From Blepharisma stoltei ATCC 30299 (taxonomy: Eukaryota; Protista; Ciliophora): 64,000 nt of DNA. The translations under genes were made by a program, and so were the position numbers. The stretch is taken from contig CBFDEM010000057.1 of assembly GCA_965603825.1 (NCBI GenBank), positions 186,001-250,000 of the forward strand, given 5' to 3'. Each line of letters starts with the position of its first letter. Positions within the stretch are counted from its first letter, which is position 1. The notes beneath the pieces are model-generated. The model searched no databases, was not told where the DNA came from, and saw only the letters and a list, made by a program, of their open reading frames with translations. This document shows positions 36,101 to 48,363 of this stretch, piece after piece.

Positions 36101-39100
36101 AGGAAAATGACTATTGATTATTTCGTTAAAAACTATCTTATGCTTGATAATGAATCTATAAGCTGCAATAGTCTTGCAGACAAACTATGATTTGCGCTTA
36201 AAAAAGGAATTGATTATGAGACAATATCAACAGGTCTTTCTTCTTTATTTTCTTCAGGAGAAGACTTTGAAATTAAAACTTCTGTCCTTTATGATAGTAT
36301 TTATGGATTCGTAAGCTACTCACGACCAGAAATTTCAAGGTTAAATTCTTATAAAAGCGAAAATTATGATGTGCATAGTGATATAAATGAAGAGCTGAAT
36401 GCTTTTATAAGAAACGAAGTCGACAATATGTGCAGAGAATCAGGAAATGCTGAGTTGATACAGCTTGTAGAAAATATAAAACTATTAATTGTTGACCCTG
36501 CCTTGCAAAAAATGGATGATAAAGAATTGATGGAATTTGCAAAAAATTTGGATACTGCTTTTTATAAAAAAGAGCACAAAATTTATTTGATGGAAATTTT
36601 CAGGCAGATGATTATTATTGAATATAATTCAAATATACCGCTAGAAGATAAAACGCAAAGAATCCATGCTATTCAGCTTGTTTTGAGCAATTCAGGAATG
36701 GGGAAAATGGCTCTTTCTCTTATAAACAAAGATAATGATATTGCGATTGTACATGGAGCAGTTCGCTTGCTGCAAGCAATACTAATCCAAAATAGCCCAA
36801 CAATAAAAGAAAAGCTGCTCGAATGCTTAAGAGAAAATGAACAATCTTATAATTTATTTTCCTTCATTAGAAATGAACTGCGAGAATGCAGAGACAGGAT
36901 AATTCACAATTACAATTTAAAGCATCGACAAATCTCCAAAAGATTCAGCTCATTTAAAGTTAAGCCTGATACTGAAAACCAAAGCTCCAATCTCTGAAGC
37001 TGAAAAGTTGATAAAGGCGAGCTTTGTAAGGATTTTCTAAAACTTCTTCAATTACTCTGTGATAACTGCTATTTGCCATTTCAGAATTATTTACGAGAAC
37101 AAGATGAAACTAACCAAAGAGTAAGCATTGACTTAATTACAGAAATTGGAAATTTTTTAACAAATCTGCAGGATATTGACGATATCAAAGGTAAATTTAT
37201 AAGCTCAAAGCCAGAAGAAAGAGAAGGGATCGAAATAACTTTGCAGTGTCTAGAGACATTAAAAGAAGCTTGCCAAGGGCCATGCAAAGAAAACCAGTCC
37301 ATTCTTGGAGAAGGGGAGAGGATTTATAAGTTTTTAAATTGGCTACTTAATTGTAAAGAAGAGTCTTTAGAAGTTGAGCCACAATACATTCAAATATTTT
37401 TTGAAGCAATTGAGTTCTTGCATGCTTTGCTCGAAGGTAATGGAAATCCTGAGGTTGCTCATTGTATGATTGAAGAGCTTGATTTGAAAGCTTTAATGAA
37501 AAAAGCGACATTCATTTTCAATAAGCATGCCAAAAATAGAGAAAAATATATCTACCAAGAAAATAAAGGCAGGCCTATTTGGTTTTTAAGGTTTTTTGAA
37601 AGAAAAAGAGACTATAAATATCAAGACCATGAGCCAATAATAGGTCTAGGGTTTTCTATATCCATTCTGTTTTCTACTCTGCAAGATCGATTTCCTGATC
37701 ACTATAAAGTAAAAATTGATTATTTATCAGGAAATGCTTCACTTAAAGAGCAAAAAGAAAAAGAGTTCAACCTTGTTCATGGAGCAGAATATATAGCAAC
37801 AGGTGAATCTGAATCAGAACATTTAAGGGACGTTCTCTTTGCAAAAGCGAAATCATTTTGAATGAAAATTAAATATTTGCTGCCTCATAGTTCACATATC
37901 AAAATATCCCCCGAAGACATCACGAATTTCCAAGAAGCCCATAGCTTTTATGCAAAAAATATTGCCTGTGTAGAAATTCAAAATCAATCAGAAATCACAA
38001 AAATCTTTTTCCGGATTCCTGGAGTGTGCCACTATATGACTAGCAAGTCAAGAAAAGAAATGATCCAGCCTTCTGGCCAGAACTCCCATCAAGAAAAAAT
38101 TGAAGACTTTTATAATAAAAGCAAAAGATATCAAGTAGAAATGCTGCATCAGCAAGAGCTTAACCGCTACCCACTTTTAGAAAAGTGAACTTCAATCTGG
38201 AGAACTTATACGTCTGCGTCATTTTTCTTGGTTATATGTATTAATATAATTCTGCTTTCAACAATTCAGCATCAAGAGGGTGAAAAAACTGGTAGCTGAT
38301 TTTATATAGAAGATGATGAAATCTTGACCACTCTCAATGTTCTATCAGCTCTACAGATATTTTTTGCTTTCTCTGCATTGACGGCTTATTTAATTGAATA
38401 TTATCCTGTAATTGTGTATAAAAATCTAATTGAATCGAATAGAGGTTCAAAATTTCTTATGAAAGATTTTCAATTAAGAAGAATTGAGGGAACTGTTTTA
38501 CTAAAGGAAATTATGGGTCGCAGAAGGGCAAATAAAATAAACCATCATTTACCGAAAAAAATAATTAGTATTTTCTTAGATTTTCAAGCAGCTTACAGTA
38601 CGATTTATCTTATTATTTCAATATTTTCTAACAGATTCTTTTTGCTCTATTGCATTCTTCTCTTAGATATCATCAAGCGCAGCGAAGATCTTGCAAATAT
38701 TTTGAAATCCATTACATTAAATCTCAAGCAGCTTATATATACAACGATCTTAGGAATAATCAGTATCTATATTTTTACAGTAATAGCATTTGCGTCATTT
38801 TCTGAGTATTATGTTGAAGGAGGCCAATCACCTGTGAATACATATTGCAATAGACTATCAGAGTGCCTTGTAAGCAACATAGTAACAGGTGTCAGATATG
38901 GAGGAGGAATAGGTTTCGCTCTAGACCAACCTTTAGAAGACGATCATAATTACTGATATAGACTTCTTTTCGATATGCTTTTCTTTATCATCATTTGTAT
39001 TCTACTTCTAAATATTATTTTTGGTATTATTATCGACACTTTTGCAGAGCTTAGAGATCAACGTCAAGCTGAGCTTGAAGACATGTACGAAAACTGCTTT

Positions 39101-39451
39101 ATTTGTGGGAAAAGCAAGTTCACCTTTGAAATCAATAAAATCAGCTTTGTGGAGCATATTCAGACTGAGCATAATGGCTATTCTTATATGTCATTTTTAA
39201 TATATATCAATAATAAAGATTTGAAGGACTGTAGCGGGGCAGAGAAATATGTAAAGGAAATGATAAAAAGAAAAGAAGTTAGTTTTTTCCCAAGCACATC
39301 GCTTTCTTTAATGAAAAGGGAAAGCGAACTAGAGGACAAGAAAGAAGATGTTAATGCTGAATCTTTAAATCAAGAGCTTTCGAATATACAGATGGAAATA
39401 ATTGGATTGTTAAGTGAAGCTAAAAATAAAAAAGACAGACCTCCTGAATAG
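30146..39451 (+). CDS. IP3-receptor/ryanodine-receptor-like Ca2+-release channel, 3101 aa
   Basis: Eleven listed ORFs lie in one frame, separated only by 13 in-frame TGA. MIR/beta-trefoil (YGERIQLRHIHS, GSWF.I.P..KLRQEG, RIRHASTG.Y), RIH-associated (LLQLLCDN...FQNYLREQ, EACQGPC.ENQ), pore (G.R.GGGIG, LLNIIFGIIIDTFAELR) and zinc site CFIC...H....H. Confidence 0.93.
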
Positions 39452-39660
39452 AGGAAGTGCCAATTTAATTAAGAAATAGTTTATATTTAGCCTATATATA
39501 ATATAGTTTTCAAATGTATACTAATATAAGAAAATTATGGAAGCTAGGACTTTTAATAAAAATATCTATAAATATGATATTCTTCGAGCCTTAATAAAAC
39601 ATGCTTTCCCTTATAATAGAATTGTCATTTTTTTTCTTTAATTCAATATATCTCAAATAA

Positions 39661-41328
39661 ATGGGAGTTTGTGCGCCGAAGGAACATGACTTAGTTAAAC
39701 CTCTCAAAGGTAAGCTATTACCAATATCCGCAATAACAAACAACTCAAGGCTCGACAGTAATATCTAAACAGGTATCACAGAACAATATGATTTCATAAG
39801 AGTAATTGGCTATGGCCAATTTGGTACGGTTCGAGAAGCTACAAAATCAGATCAAACAAACACAGATACACCCAATTTAAAGCACTACGCAATAAAATCA
39901 ATCAGTAAAAGCCGCGTAAAAGACCATTTACCATTATTGCAAAACGAATTGTCAATTCTTAGACTAGTTGATCACCCAAATATCATAAAACTTTATGAAA
40001 TTTATGAAGACTCTCTATATATCCATTTAGTTACAGAGTTATGCATGGGAGGAGATTTATATGAGTATTTATCAGAAAAAGAAAACCTAAATGAACTAGA
40101 AGTAGCAAAAATTATGATGAAAATTCTAACAGCTGTTAATCATTTGCATATTCTGCATATATGCCATAGGGATCTAAAGCCAGAAAATGTGATGTTTACT
40201 AACCAAAACGAAGATAGAGAGCTTAAACTAATTGATTTTGGGCTCTCTGCAAAATATAGTGATGAAATGCTGGAAAGTATGGTAGGCACTCCATATTATC
40301 TAGCTCCTGAAGTGCTTAAAGGATCATACAGCAAAGAATGCGACGTATGATCACTAGGAGTCATAATGTATTTACTTCTATCAGGTAAACACCCATTTAA
40401 AGGCTCAACAATGAGAGATCTATTCCGAAATATTTATAATGGCCAATATTCTTTTATAGAACCCATATGAAGCAAAATATCTAGTCAAGCTAAAAATCTG
40501 ATAGCAAGAATGCTTGCTGTCAATCCTGAAACCAGAATTACAGTCCAGGAAGCCCTTAGACATGAATGGTTTGTTATTGTAAAATCAAACACCCAGCCAA
40601 AAATCAACCTTGAAGTATTTTCTTCAATAAAGCGAAACAAAGCTAAAAGCAAGCTATGACAAGTAGCCATGAGAGTTTTAGTTAGAAATTTATCCCCAGA
40701 ACAAATTGATGACTTAAAAAACATGTTCTTCGAAATCGACCAAAGGAAAACAGGATTTGTCACAGCTCATGATATAGAAGTCTGTATGAATAAAAATGGT
40801 TATGAGCTTGCAAGAGAAGAATTCAAAGAACTTACGTCAAAAATTTCAGAAATAGGGAAAGGTAGGCTTAATTATACACAATTTTTAATAGCTGCACTTG
40901 ATAGAAAACAGATTTTTGAAGAAGAGAACTTGTGGAACGTTTTTAGGGTATTTGATCATGTAAAAGCTATGTAGGATGGCAATGGGTGCATAAATTTAAG
41001 TGACTTGAAGTTTGCCTTAGAAAAGGCTGGCTGCTATATTTCTGATAGCGAGTATCAAGAAATTCTTGAAGAATTTGAGCTGAAATTTTGCGAAAAACTG
41101 GATTATGATGAGTTCAGGAACATTATGGGCTGTACATTTTATTTAGGCTTCTCTGAGGTACAAACTGCTGAAAACTCAATGTTTTTGAGTGAAAATACGA
41201 TGATAAGGAGAACGATTAGAAAGCTTTCTAGTAGAAAGATAACTACAAGAAGAGCATCTGTATATGAAGCTATGAGAAGGGTGAGAAGAGCAACTGATAT
41301 GCCAAGAAGCGTCAAAGACAGCATTTAA
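39661..41328 (+). CDS. calcium-dependent protein kinase (CDPK)-like, N-terminal MGVC; three tiny introns
   Basis: GYGQFG, HRDLKPEN, DFG, GTPYYLAPE, DV-W(TGA)-SLG; four EF-hand positions. Introns at 39758-39772, 40960-40974 and 41132-41146. Confidence 0.92.
39758..39772 (+). other. 15-nt intron GTAATATCTAAACAG
   Basis: Contains an in-frame TAA; removal joins the N-terminus to the kinase domain. Confidence 0.92.
40960..40974 (+). other. 15-nt intron GTAAAAGCTATGTAG
   Basis: Contains an in-frame TAG; removal rebuilds the EF-hand loop D-H-D-G-N-G. Confidence 0.95.
41132..41146 (+). other. putative 15-nt intron GTACATTTTATTTAG
   Basis: Consensus match, in frame, stop-free. Confidence 0.65.
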
Positions 41329-41429
41329 GAATTCTTTGTCCCATATATTTTTGGCCATTAATACAATTGATTAACCTTTAACATTAAATATCTATAAATT
41401 AATGAGTCTACGAAAGCCGCAAAAAAGTT

Positions 41430-42610
41430 TACAATGATATTTGGCAGTTCAATGTGACATCAAATTCGTGAAATGAAATGTTTCCTAATGAAAAATATCC
41501 AGGTATCAAATATTTAGTGGTGAGGTACTCAGGAGGAGGATTTTATCGATACAAAACCCAAGAATACTGCATATGGGAGGAAATCCATTGCAAGGACAGT
41601 TAAATGATATTTGGTGCTTCCACTTGTTTTATTTTACATGGAGGGAAATAACAACATCTGGAAATGTTGTAATCGACGCCAGATACCAGGCTGGATACAC
41701 GTCATGAAATGAAACTGAAACTACCATGTTTGCTGTGTTTACAGGAATTTCTATGGCTCGAACAAGTAATAGTTTATTTATGTAGCATATATATAGACTA
41801 AACACCGATGCATGAACATGAGCGGTCCAACCTTATCAAGGAGACCTCCTTGGAGCTCAAGAAGATCCTATCCTTACTTATTACTCAGGCTATCTTTATA
41901 TGGTAGGAGGAATAGCGACTTACAATGCTAATCCTTATGCTTCAGTCTTTTTTCGTTATAACCTTTCATCTCAAAAATGAGAAAATATTAAAATACAAAT
42001 AAAATATTTACTTTTTAGTTTCACGCCAAAGGAGCTCTAATTGGAAGCGCTTTTTTCCTTGCTTTTGGGCTTAAACCGAATTCTAATGAAGAACTGAACA
42101 CTGTCTACAAAGTTTCTCTAGATGATCCTGACTTTGCGTGAAGCCTTGCGAAAGTTTCAAGTGACCAAAGTGATAGAATAAGAAGAGATTCATATGGACT
42201 TGGAGTTTTCGGGCATAAAGCTTACCTTTATGGAGGAGCAAGAGACCAGGTCCAAAGAAGCAGTTTAGCCATTTTTGATTTCGATACCAGTCCAATCCAA
42301 TATCAGTATTACACTGGATATGATAGTCCTGACCCGAGAATGTACCATTCTATGAACTCGTTGGCGGCTATATACTTCTATTTGGAGGAGAAAGAGGCAG
42401 TGAGAAGTTAAATGATTTGTGAAAACTTGACACAAACACTTTAACCTGGGAGTTTATAAATGCAGGAGGAGACATCCCTACTGCTCGCTCTCAGCATGCA
42501 TCTGCCTCGAAAGGCGACATTTTGATAATTTGGGGAGGAAACAGCGACCAAGGCTATTTAAATGATGCCTATATATACAGATTAATCTCTAATACCTGAT
42601 ACTTAGTAAT
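41430..42610 (+). pseudogene. Kelch-repeat protein pseudogene fragment (boundaries approximate)
   Basis: Recognisable Kelch blades (YLYMVGG...FRYNLSSQKW; PRMYHS; LLFGG....KLNDLWKLDTNTLTW; PTARSQHA...LIIWGG...YLND) split by frameshifts (about 42000 and 42360) and TAA/TAG stops. Confidence 0.8.
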
Positions 42611-42795
42611 CATAACGCTTAATTATTTTCTATATTGAATTATTAATTATCTAAATCTTATAAGCTAAGGACTTATGATAAGAAACAATTTATCTTAACT
42701 AAAATTTAATTCCTCAAGAATTAAGCCAATCAAAGTGAGGCAGAACTTGTCAAGCAATTCCTATATTACTACTTACTTAATTTTAACCAACAATT

Positions 42796-43725
42796 TTATG
42801 ACTTTAATTCAATCATTCTCTTTTCATTCAAATCAAACTTGTAATACTGATATTCCTCAATTCCAAAGTATATTCCTCCTTTATTATATGAACAATACAC
42901 TTGAACAGGTCTGCAATTGATTGCTGATGTATTTCCTATTGGTGTCCAATCCATGTAACTTCCAATTTCGCTTTCATAAATTTTTCCTAATTTAATGCAT
43001 TCAATCAAATAAAGTCTCTCTGAATTTATTAGGATCTTTCTTCTATAATTAGAAAACTTATAAGGAATTGTCGAGAAAGAGTCAATATCGGTTGAGTATA
43101 AGCAAAGATTTCGTCTAATATATCCAGAAATCAAAATATTTCCATTAAACATTATACTATTGCACAATAAATCAGCTTGTGGCATTGGAGTTAATTTAAT
43201 TCATCGGTTTTGATCCAAATCAAATCTACAAGATAGAGTTAATAAGCCTTTATTATCTTGTCCTCCAAAGCAATAGACACTGTTGTTGAAATAGATGCAT
43301 GATGATTGTTGACAACGGGTTCCAGATGGCAGCACTTCGACTCCACCATTTCTATCAATTAGCACTGTAATTCGAGAAAGTCGATTATTACCAAAACAGA
43401 ATAGCTTGCCATTTGGAAGTTGAGCTATGCAAGTGAATTTGTCTAGTTCTTGTGGAGTCTGCAAGGCTTTGGCTTCTTGGGTTTCAGTTTCAGTGTTATA
43501 AATAATTAGACTAGTTCTTTTGTTTTCATAGGCAAAATTATAAAGGGATGTTTTTTGCTGATAAGCATTAAGATAATCTTGGTAAGCTTGCATTATTGGA
43601 GGATCGTAAAGACTAGGATTGAGTTGAAGTTCTGAACAAGTTGCTCTGAAATCCATCTCAAGTTCTGGATTGTTTGGTCTGCTCAAAATCTCAGCTAATT
43701 TATTTCTTAAGGTTAGTTCTGCCAT
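42796..43725 (-). CDS. degenerate Kelch-like beta-propeller protein, 309 aa
   Basis: Two ORFs joined by TGA 43203-43201 (RFDLDQNR-W-IKLTPMP); QLPNGKLFCFG, VYCFGG. Confidence 0.85.
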
Positions 43726-44121
43726 TACGTCTATTATTGCAATACAAAGTAAATTTCTAAATTTTATGTGAAATTAGCTACATAAATATGAATTATCATT
43801 CAGTTTATTGTAAGTGGTCAACCTAATAAGCTTCAACTTGGATATAATTAACAGTAAAGTGCCCATTCAATAGATTTTCAAAACTTCTAGATCTGAAAAA
43901 CAAAACAATCTGTATAACCAGAAAAAATTTGCGTATTGAATGGCAACTTTTATCTCCAGCCCATTTTACAAATAATTTATAACCCAACAACCATTTATTT
44001 AATTCTATAAATCGGAAATCAATAAGTCTCGTGAACCTTAATGAGCTTATATTGCTAAAAATGATATAAAAATCTACCAATTTAAATTATGGTGAATTTA
44101 TTTATTTAATTTTGATCTGAA

Positions 44122-44601
44122 ATGAGTGTAAAGGATCGAATTGCTGCCCTCAATAAAGGACTCAAACCAAAAGAAGAAATTAAATCTGCACCAGCTCCAA
44201 TTAACATTTATGAAGAAACAAAAAACTCACCACAAAAAGATGAGCAGCCTAATCAGCCAATGAGCATTAAAGATAGAATTGCATTAATGAATAAGCGAGA
44301 AGAAACCAGCAAGACAGATACTTATACGCCGGGCAAGCTGGCTCCTAAAACTAATAATCCTCCAAGCCAGCCTCAAGTACAACCTCAAGCAAAGCTGGAA
44401 GTGCAGAATGAAAGCAAAAATATAAAATCCCTTCAAGAAAAATTAGGAAATATACAGTTTCAGCCACAGAATCCTAATCTTTTTCCTCAGCCAGTATCTA
44501 AGCCAGTAGAAGCTAATTTGCATTCAGAAGCTATTGAAATTGCTATGCAAAAGCCCTTAAGACATAGAAATCCTCCTAAATCAGCCAACTTTGACTTTTA
44601 A
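44122..44601 (+). CDS. Pro/Gln-rich disordered protein with a duplicated MS(V/I)KDRIA motif
   Basis: Intact 159-aa ORF; internal repeat MSVKDRIAALNK / MSIKDRIALMNK. Confidence 0.8.
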   Translation: MSVKDRIAALNKGLKPKEEIKSAPAPINIYEETKNSPQKDEQPNQPMSIKDRIALMNKREETSKTDTYTPGKLAPKTNNPPSQPQVQPQAKLEVQNESKNIKSLQEKLGNIQFQPQNPNLFPQPVSKPVEANLHSEAIEIAMQKPLRHRNPPKSANFDF

Positions 44602-44613
44602 TAAAACCAAAAA

Positions 44614-45573
44614 TTAATTTAATCTAAAACCAACTTTACAAAGCTTTTCTTTTAATTCCAAGATCTCTTTTTCATTCTTTTCATTTAGCTTCCTTGACTT
44701 AGAATATTCCCCTAAAATAGTTTCTAGGGAGTGTTTCAGCTGCTTAATAAATTGTTTATGCTTTACTATTTCACTTTCTTTTTGATATAACAATTGTTGC
44801 AGCTTTAAATTATACTCATCTTCATGAAATGAGCTGAAATTACCAGTGGAGCTGGATCATCTTTTATTTTTTACATCGTTATTTTGAGTGCAATGAGGCA
44901 AAATAGTTGTTTCCAGCTGGTTCAGCTCAAAAGACGTCAAGTGTCCTTCTTCTTGGACTTCACTTAAATTACATATATCATCTTGAATATTTTTTTCAGA
45001 TTCTTCTGTGTCGAATGCGTTCAGCTCATAGCCAATGAATTCTTCAAGCTCAGCATTTTCTGCGAGCATTTTGTTCAGCTTTTCAATTTCTCAGTAAAAT
45101 GCTTTATTTTCTTTTTTAATATCTTCAAAAATTAGTTGTTTCTTTAGCTGCTGATTTTCTTTGCTTAGTTCTTCTATTTGTTTCTTATACTCTTTTATAT
45201 GGAATGAACATTTTTGTAGCTCTTTTTCTTTATTTTCCATCAAAATTTTCATTTTTTTAATTTGCTTTTCGTTTGCAAACGTTATTGTTTCGATTTCCTT
45301 TTGGAAGTTATCTTTTAATAGCTCAAGTTTAGCGATTCTCGTTTGTAGCTGTAAATTTTCTTTATAAACTTGGTTTGGTGTTAAAGTCACCATGCTATTT
45401 TCTCTTCGGTGCACTTTTCGGTACTTCGGGATTCTCGTTGAAGAAGGCGGAGAGCAATCATCAGTTGAAATATTTGACTGTTTATCAATCGAAATTATAC
45501 TTCTTTCTGTATATGGGCTGCTGCTTGTATCTGTCTGCATCTCTGACCTTACCAGGTCATAGTATTTCTGCAT
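44614..45573 (-). CDS. coiled-coil protein, 319 aa
   Basis: ATG 45573; TGA at 45093 and 44859 read through; TAA 44616-44614. Confidence 0.78.
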
Positions 45574-45696
45574 TAAATTTAAAAATATTAGAAAATTATT
45601 TTTAAAATATTTCACCAAAAACACTAAAATCCCATAATTAAGCTTATTTTACGCTAAAAATGTGATTCAATTATTAAATAATTATGCCGATTAGCA

Positions 45697-46350
45697 CTAA
45701 GAAATTGAGTTTCTCACCAAATCTTGTCTTCTGTTTATTGATTCAATGCATGCAGGGACTCTTAAACTTTTGGATTCTAAATATTTTTTAAATCTATGTA
45801 TACTAGGAAGTTCAGCAAGCTGGCTTTGTGCATTTAAAAGCCTTTCGTCAAGTTCTGTATTTTCTTCAACTTCAAAAGAAAAGTTCTTTGGGTCGATTTT
45901 TCGCTCATGCAAATGATAATAAATATTTGCAGCTCTTTCGCGTTCTTTTCCATATTGAACAGCAGGGATTAATGCTAATTTATCCCAATATTTTGGCTGG
46001 ACATATCATGGACTCTTATATTGTTTTACATCTGGATCTAAAGATAAATGTTTAATTCTTTTCGGTTTTAAATCATGATTTTCTGTTTTTTCTTTTTTCT
46101 TTGTAGTCTTTTTTGTGAATCTTTTATTTTTAAACTTGGAAATGGAACTAGTGTCAAGCTCAATAATTTCATTCGTTATAAAGGGCGAATAATTATAAGA
46201 TTCTCTCATAGTTTCAGCTTTTTTCTCGATTTTTTCAATAATGTCTTTAGGAGATTTATTTTGGAGTTTTTTTATATACTTCATCTCATCTTCTACCCAA
46301 AGTCACTTTACACCAAAATGCTTATAAAAATTCCCATTGCATTTAGACAT
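45697..46350 (-). CDS. hypothetical basic protein, 217 aa
   Basis: ATG 46350 in frame with ORFs 46006-46284 and 45697-45912 via TGA read-through. Confidence 0.7.
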
Positions 46351-46398
46351 TTTACTTTACAAGCTGAATTACAAAAATGGATATAATAATTATAGCCA

Positions 46399-47619
46399 AT
46401 GAAGGTTTTAATAGCTGATCTTTTCAGTCAAGCAGCCATTGAAGAAATTCAACGCAGCGGGATCGAGCTTGTTTATAACCATCAGCTTAACGGCGACTCA
46501 CTAGCAGCTGAACTAACTAATTTTGCCCCTGAAATCCTTGTAGTCAGATCCACCAAGGTTACAAGTCAGCATATTAACGCTTCCCCAGCTTTGGAATTCA
46601 TCATAAGAGCAGGTGCCGGTACGGACAATATTGACTCTAAAGCAGCCAGCAGCAAAGGGATTTACGTCGCAAATTGTCCTGGAAAAAATTCCATTGCAGT
46701 GGCAGAACTTGTCTTAGCCTTAATGCTCTCTGTAGACCGCAGAATCCCTGAAGGTGTCGCTTTATTAAAGCAAGGGAAATGGAACAAAGGACTTTTCGCT
46801 GAGTGTTTTGGCATCAAAGGCAGAAAAATCGGGATTATTGGCCTTGGAGCCATTGGAAGAGAAGTTTCAGTCAGAGCCAAAAGTTTCGGTATGGACGTCT
46901 GCGGAACTGACCCATTTGTGTCCCCTGAACAAACAAGAGCTTTAGGCATCGAATACTGTAGCAATGCTGAAGAAGTTTCAAGAATCAGTGACGTTATAAC
47001 TTTCCACGTGCCAGCCACCCCAGAAACAAGAGGCATGATTAACTCAGCTTTTATTGCAAACTGTAAAGAAAATGTGGTTTTAATCAACACTTCTAGAGGA
47101 GACATTGTAAATGAGCAAGAACTTTTGCACGAACTCAACCAAAGAGCTGGACTTTGGTATGCTTGCGATGTATATCAGGGAGAACCTGCAGTCAAAGAAG
47201 GAGATTTTGTGCATGCTTTAGCTCAGCACCCAAGAGTATATGGAACTCATCATATTGGAGCTTCTACAAAACAAGCAGAAAACGCGATAGGACAAGAAGC
47301 ACTCAGAATGATTCTTCAGTATCATAGATCAAGAACTGTAGATGCAGCCAATTTAGTGAATATGCAAACAAGACCACTTGCTAATTACTCTGTTAGCGTG
47401 AGACATTATGGACTTCAGGGAGCCCTTACTACACTTATGGGGCACTTAAGAGATGCTGGGTTCAAAATCTTGGATTTTGAAAACAAGGCCTTTAGAGATG
47501 GAGCTTCATTTAAGGCGACAATCAATATTGACTGCAATAATCCACAATGCTTAGAAGGAATTGCTAGAATGATTTCAGGGCATGAAGATGTGATTAATTG
47601 CACAGTCATTCATCTTTAA
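46399..47619 (+). CDS. serA: D-3-phosphoglycerate dehydrogenase-like (D-2-hydroxyacid DH + ACT-like domain)
   Basis: RAGAGTDNID, NCPGKNSIAVAEL, GLGAIG, INTSRG, DV...EP, HHIGAST. Confidence 0.88.
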   Translation: MKVLIADLFSQAAIEEIQRSGIELVYNHQLNGDSLAAELTNFAPEILVVRSTKVTSQHINASPALEFIIRAGAGTDNIDSKAASSKGIYVANCPGKNSIAVAELVLALMLSVDRRIPEGVALLKQGKWNKGLFAECFGIKGRKIGIIGLGAIGREVSVRAKSFGMDVCGTDPFVSPEQTRALGIEYCSNAEEVSRISDVITFHVPATPETRGMINSAFIANCKENVVLINTSRGDIVNEQELLHELNQRAGLWYACDVYQGEPAVKEGDFVHALAQHPRVYGTHHIGASTKQAENAIGQEALRMILQYHRSRTVDAANLVNMQTRPLANYSVSVRHYGLQGALTTLMGHLRDAGFKILDFENKAFRDGASFKATINIDCNNPQCLEGIARMISGHEDVINCTVIHL

Positions 47620-47645
47620 TTAAGTTTAGGTTTATAAATAAGTAA

Positions 47646-48341
47646 ATGAAACCGCATGCGATAGCTGTTTCACCGCCAAAATTAAGAAGATATAGCGAAG
47701 TTCCAAGACCAGTGTCGAGGTATTCTGCCGATAAAGTGAAAGCCGTTATGAAAGAAAGCAGAGAGCTATATAGAAAACATCATAGACTTTTCTCACAAGG
47801 AAATGTAGTTAACTATGCTAGCGAAACTCCTGATTTGAGTTCTGATGATTTGCAAATTGGGAGGGTTAGGGTTGAGTTCCCTAAGAAATATTCAAACAAT
47901 GAATCAACTCAGATTGATGATACATTTAATTATGACGACAATGGAAATAATTACGATAGTGAAGGTTCAGACCAAATTTTAAAAAAATGAGCCTATTCTA
48001 ATAATAAAGATACTAAAAAAGCTACACTGATAGAAAGATTTTCTCCTATATCATTATATGATATCACATTTGATCAGCCAAAACCACAAAAATCCAAAAA
48101 CAAGAAGCCTAAAATGGCTAAGCTCTGCTTAGCCGATAAGTTAGCTAAAGGTAAGCCTAATAAATCCTACAGAAAAGGATTCACTCTCAGCACTGCAGAA
48201 GAGTTAAGAGAAAAATCTCCAACCTTTTTTAAAAACGCTCTATTTAAAGTTATCAAAATCCCCCAAAGGCCTAAATCAGTAAACTCCTGGACAAACCCAA
48301 GGCTGAAGAGCAGATTTTCTATCTGCACTGACAAGCTGTAA
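47646..48341 (+). CDS. hypothetical protein, 231 aa
   Basis: Two ORFs in one frame joined by TGA 47988-47990. Confidence 0.72.
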
Positions 48342-48363
48342 TTTTATGGAATTTATTTAAATA

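Noticed and set aside
30146-39451. Reading the many TGA-split ORFs as pseudogenes or separate genes
   Set aside because: All breaks are TGA in a single frame, never TAA/TAG or frameshifts, and domains continue across them.
43823-44080. 85-aa ORF between the Kelch gene and 44122
   Set aside because: Non-ATG start, intergenic-like composition, no motifs.
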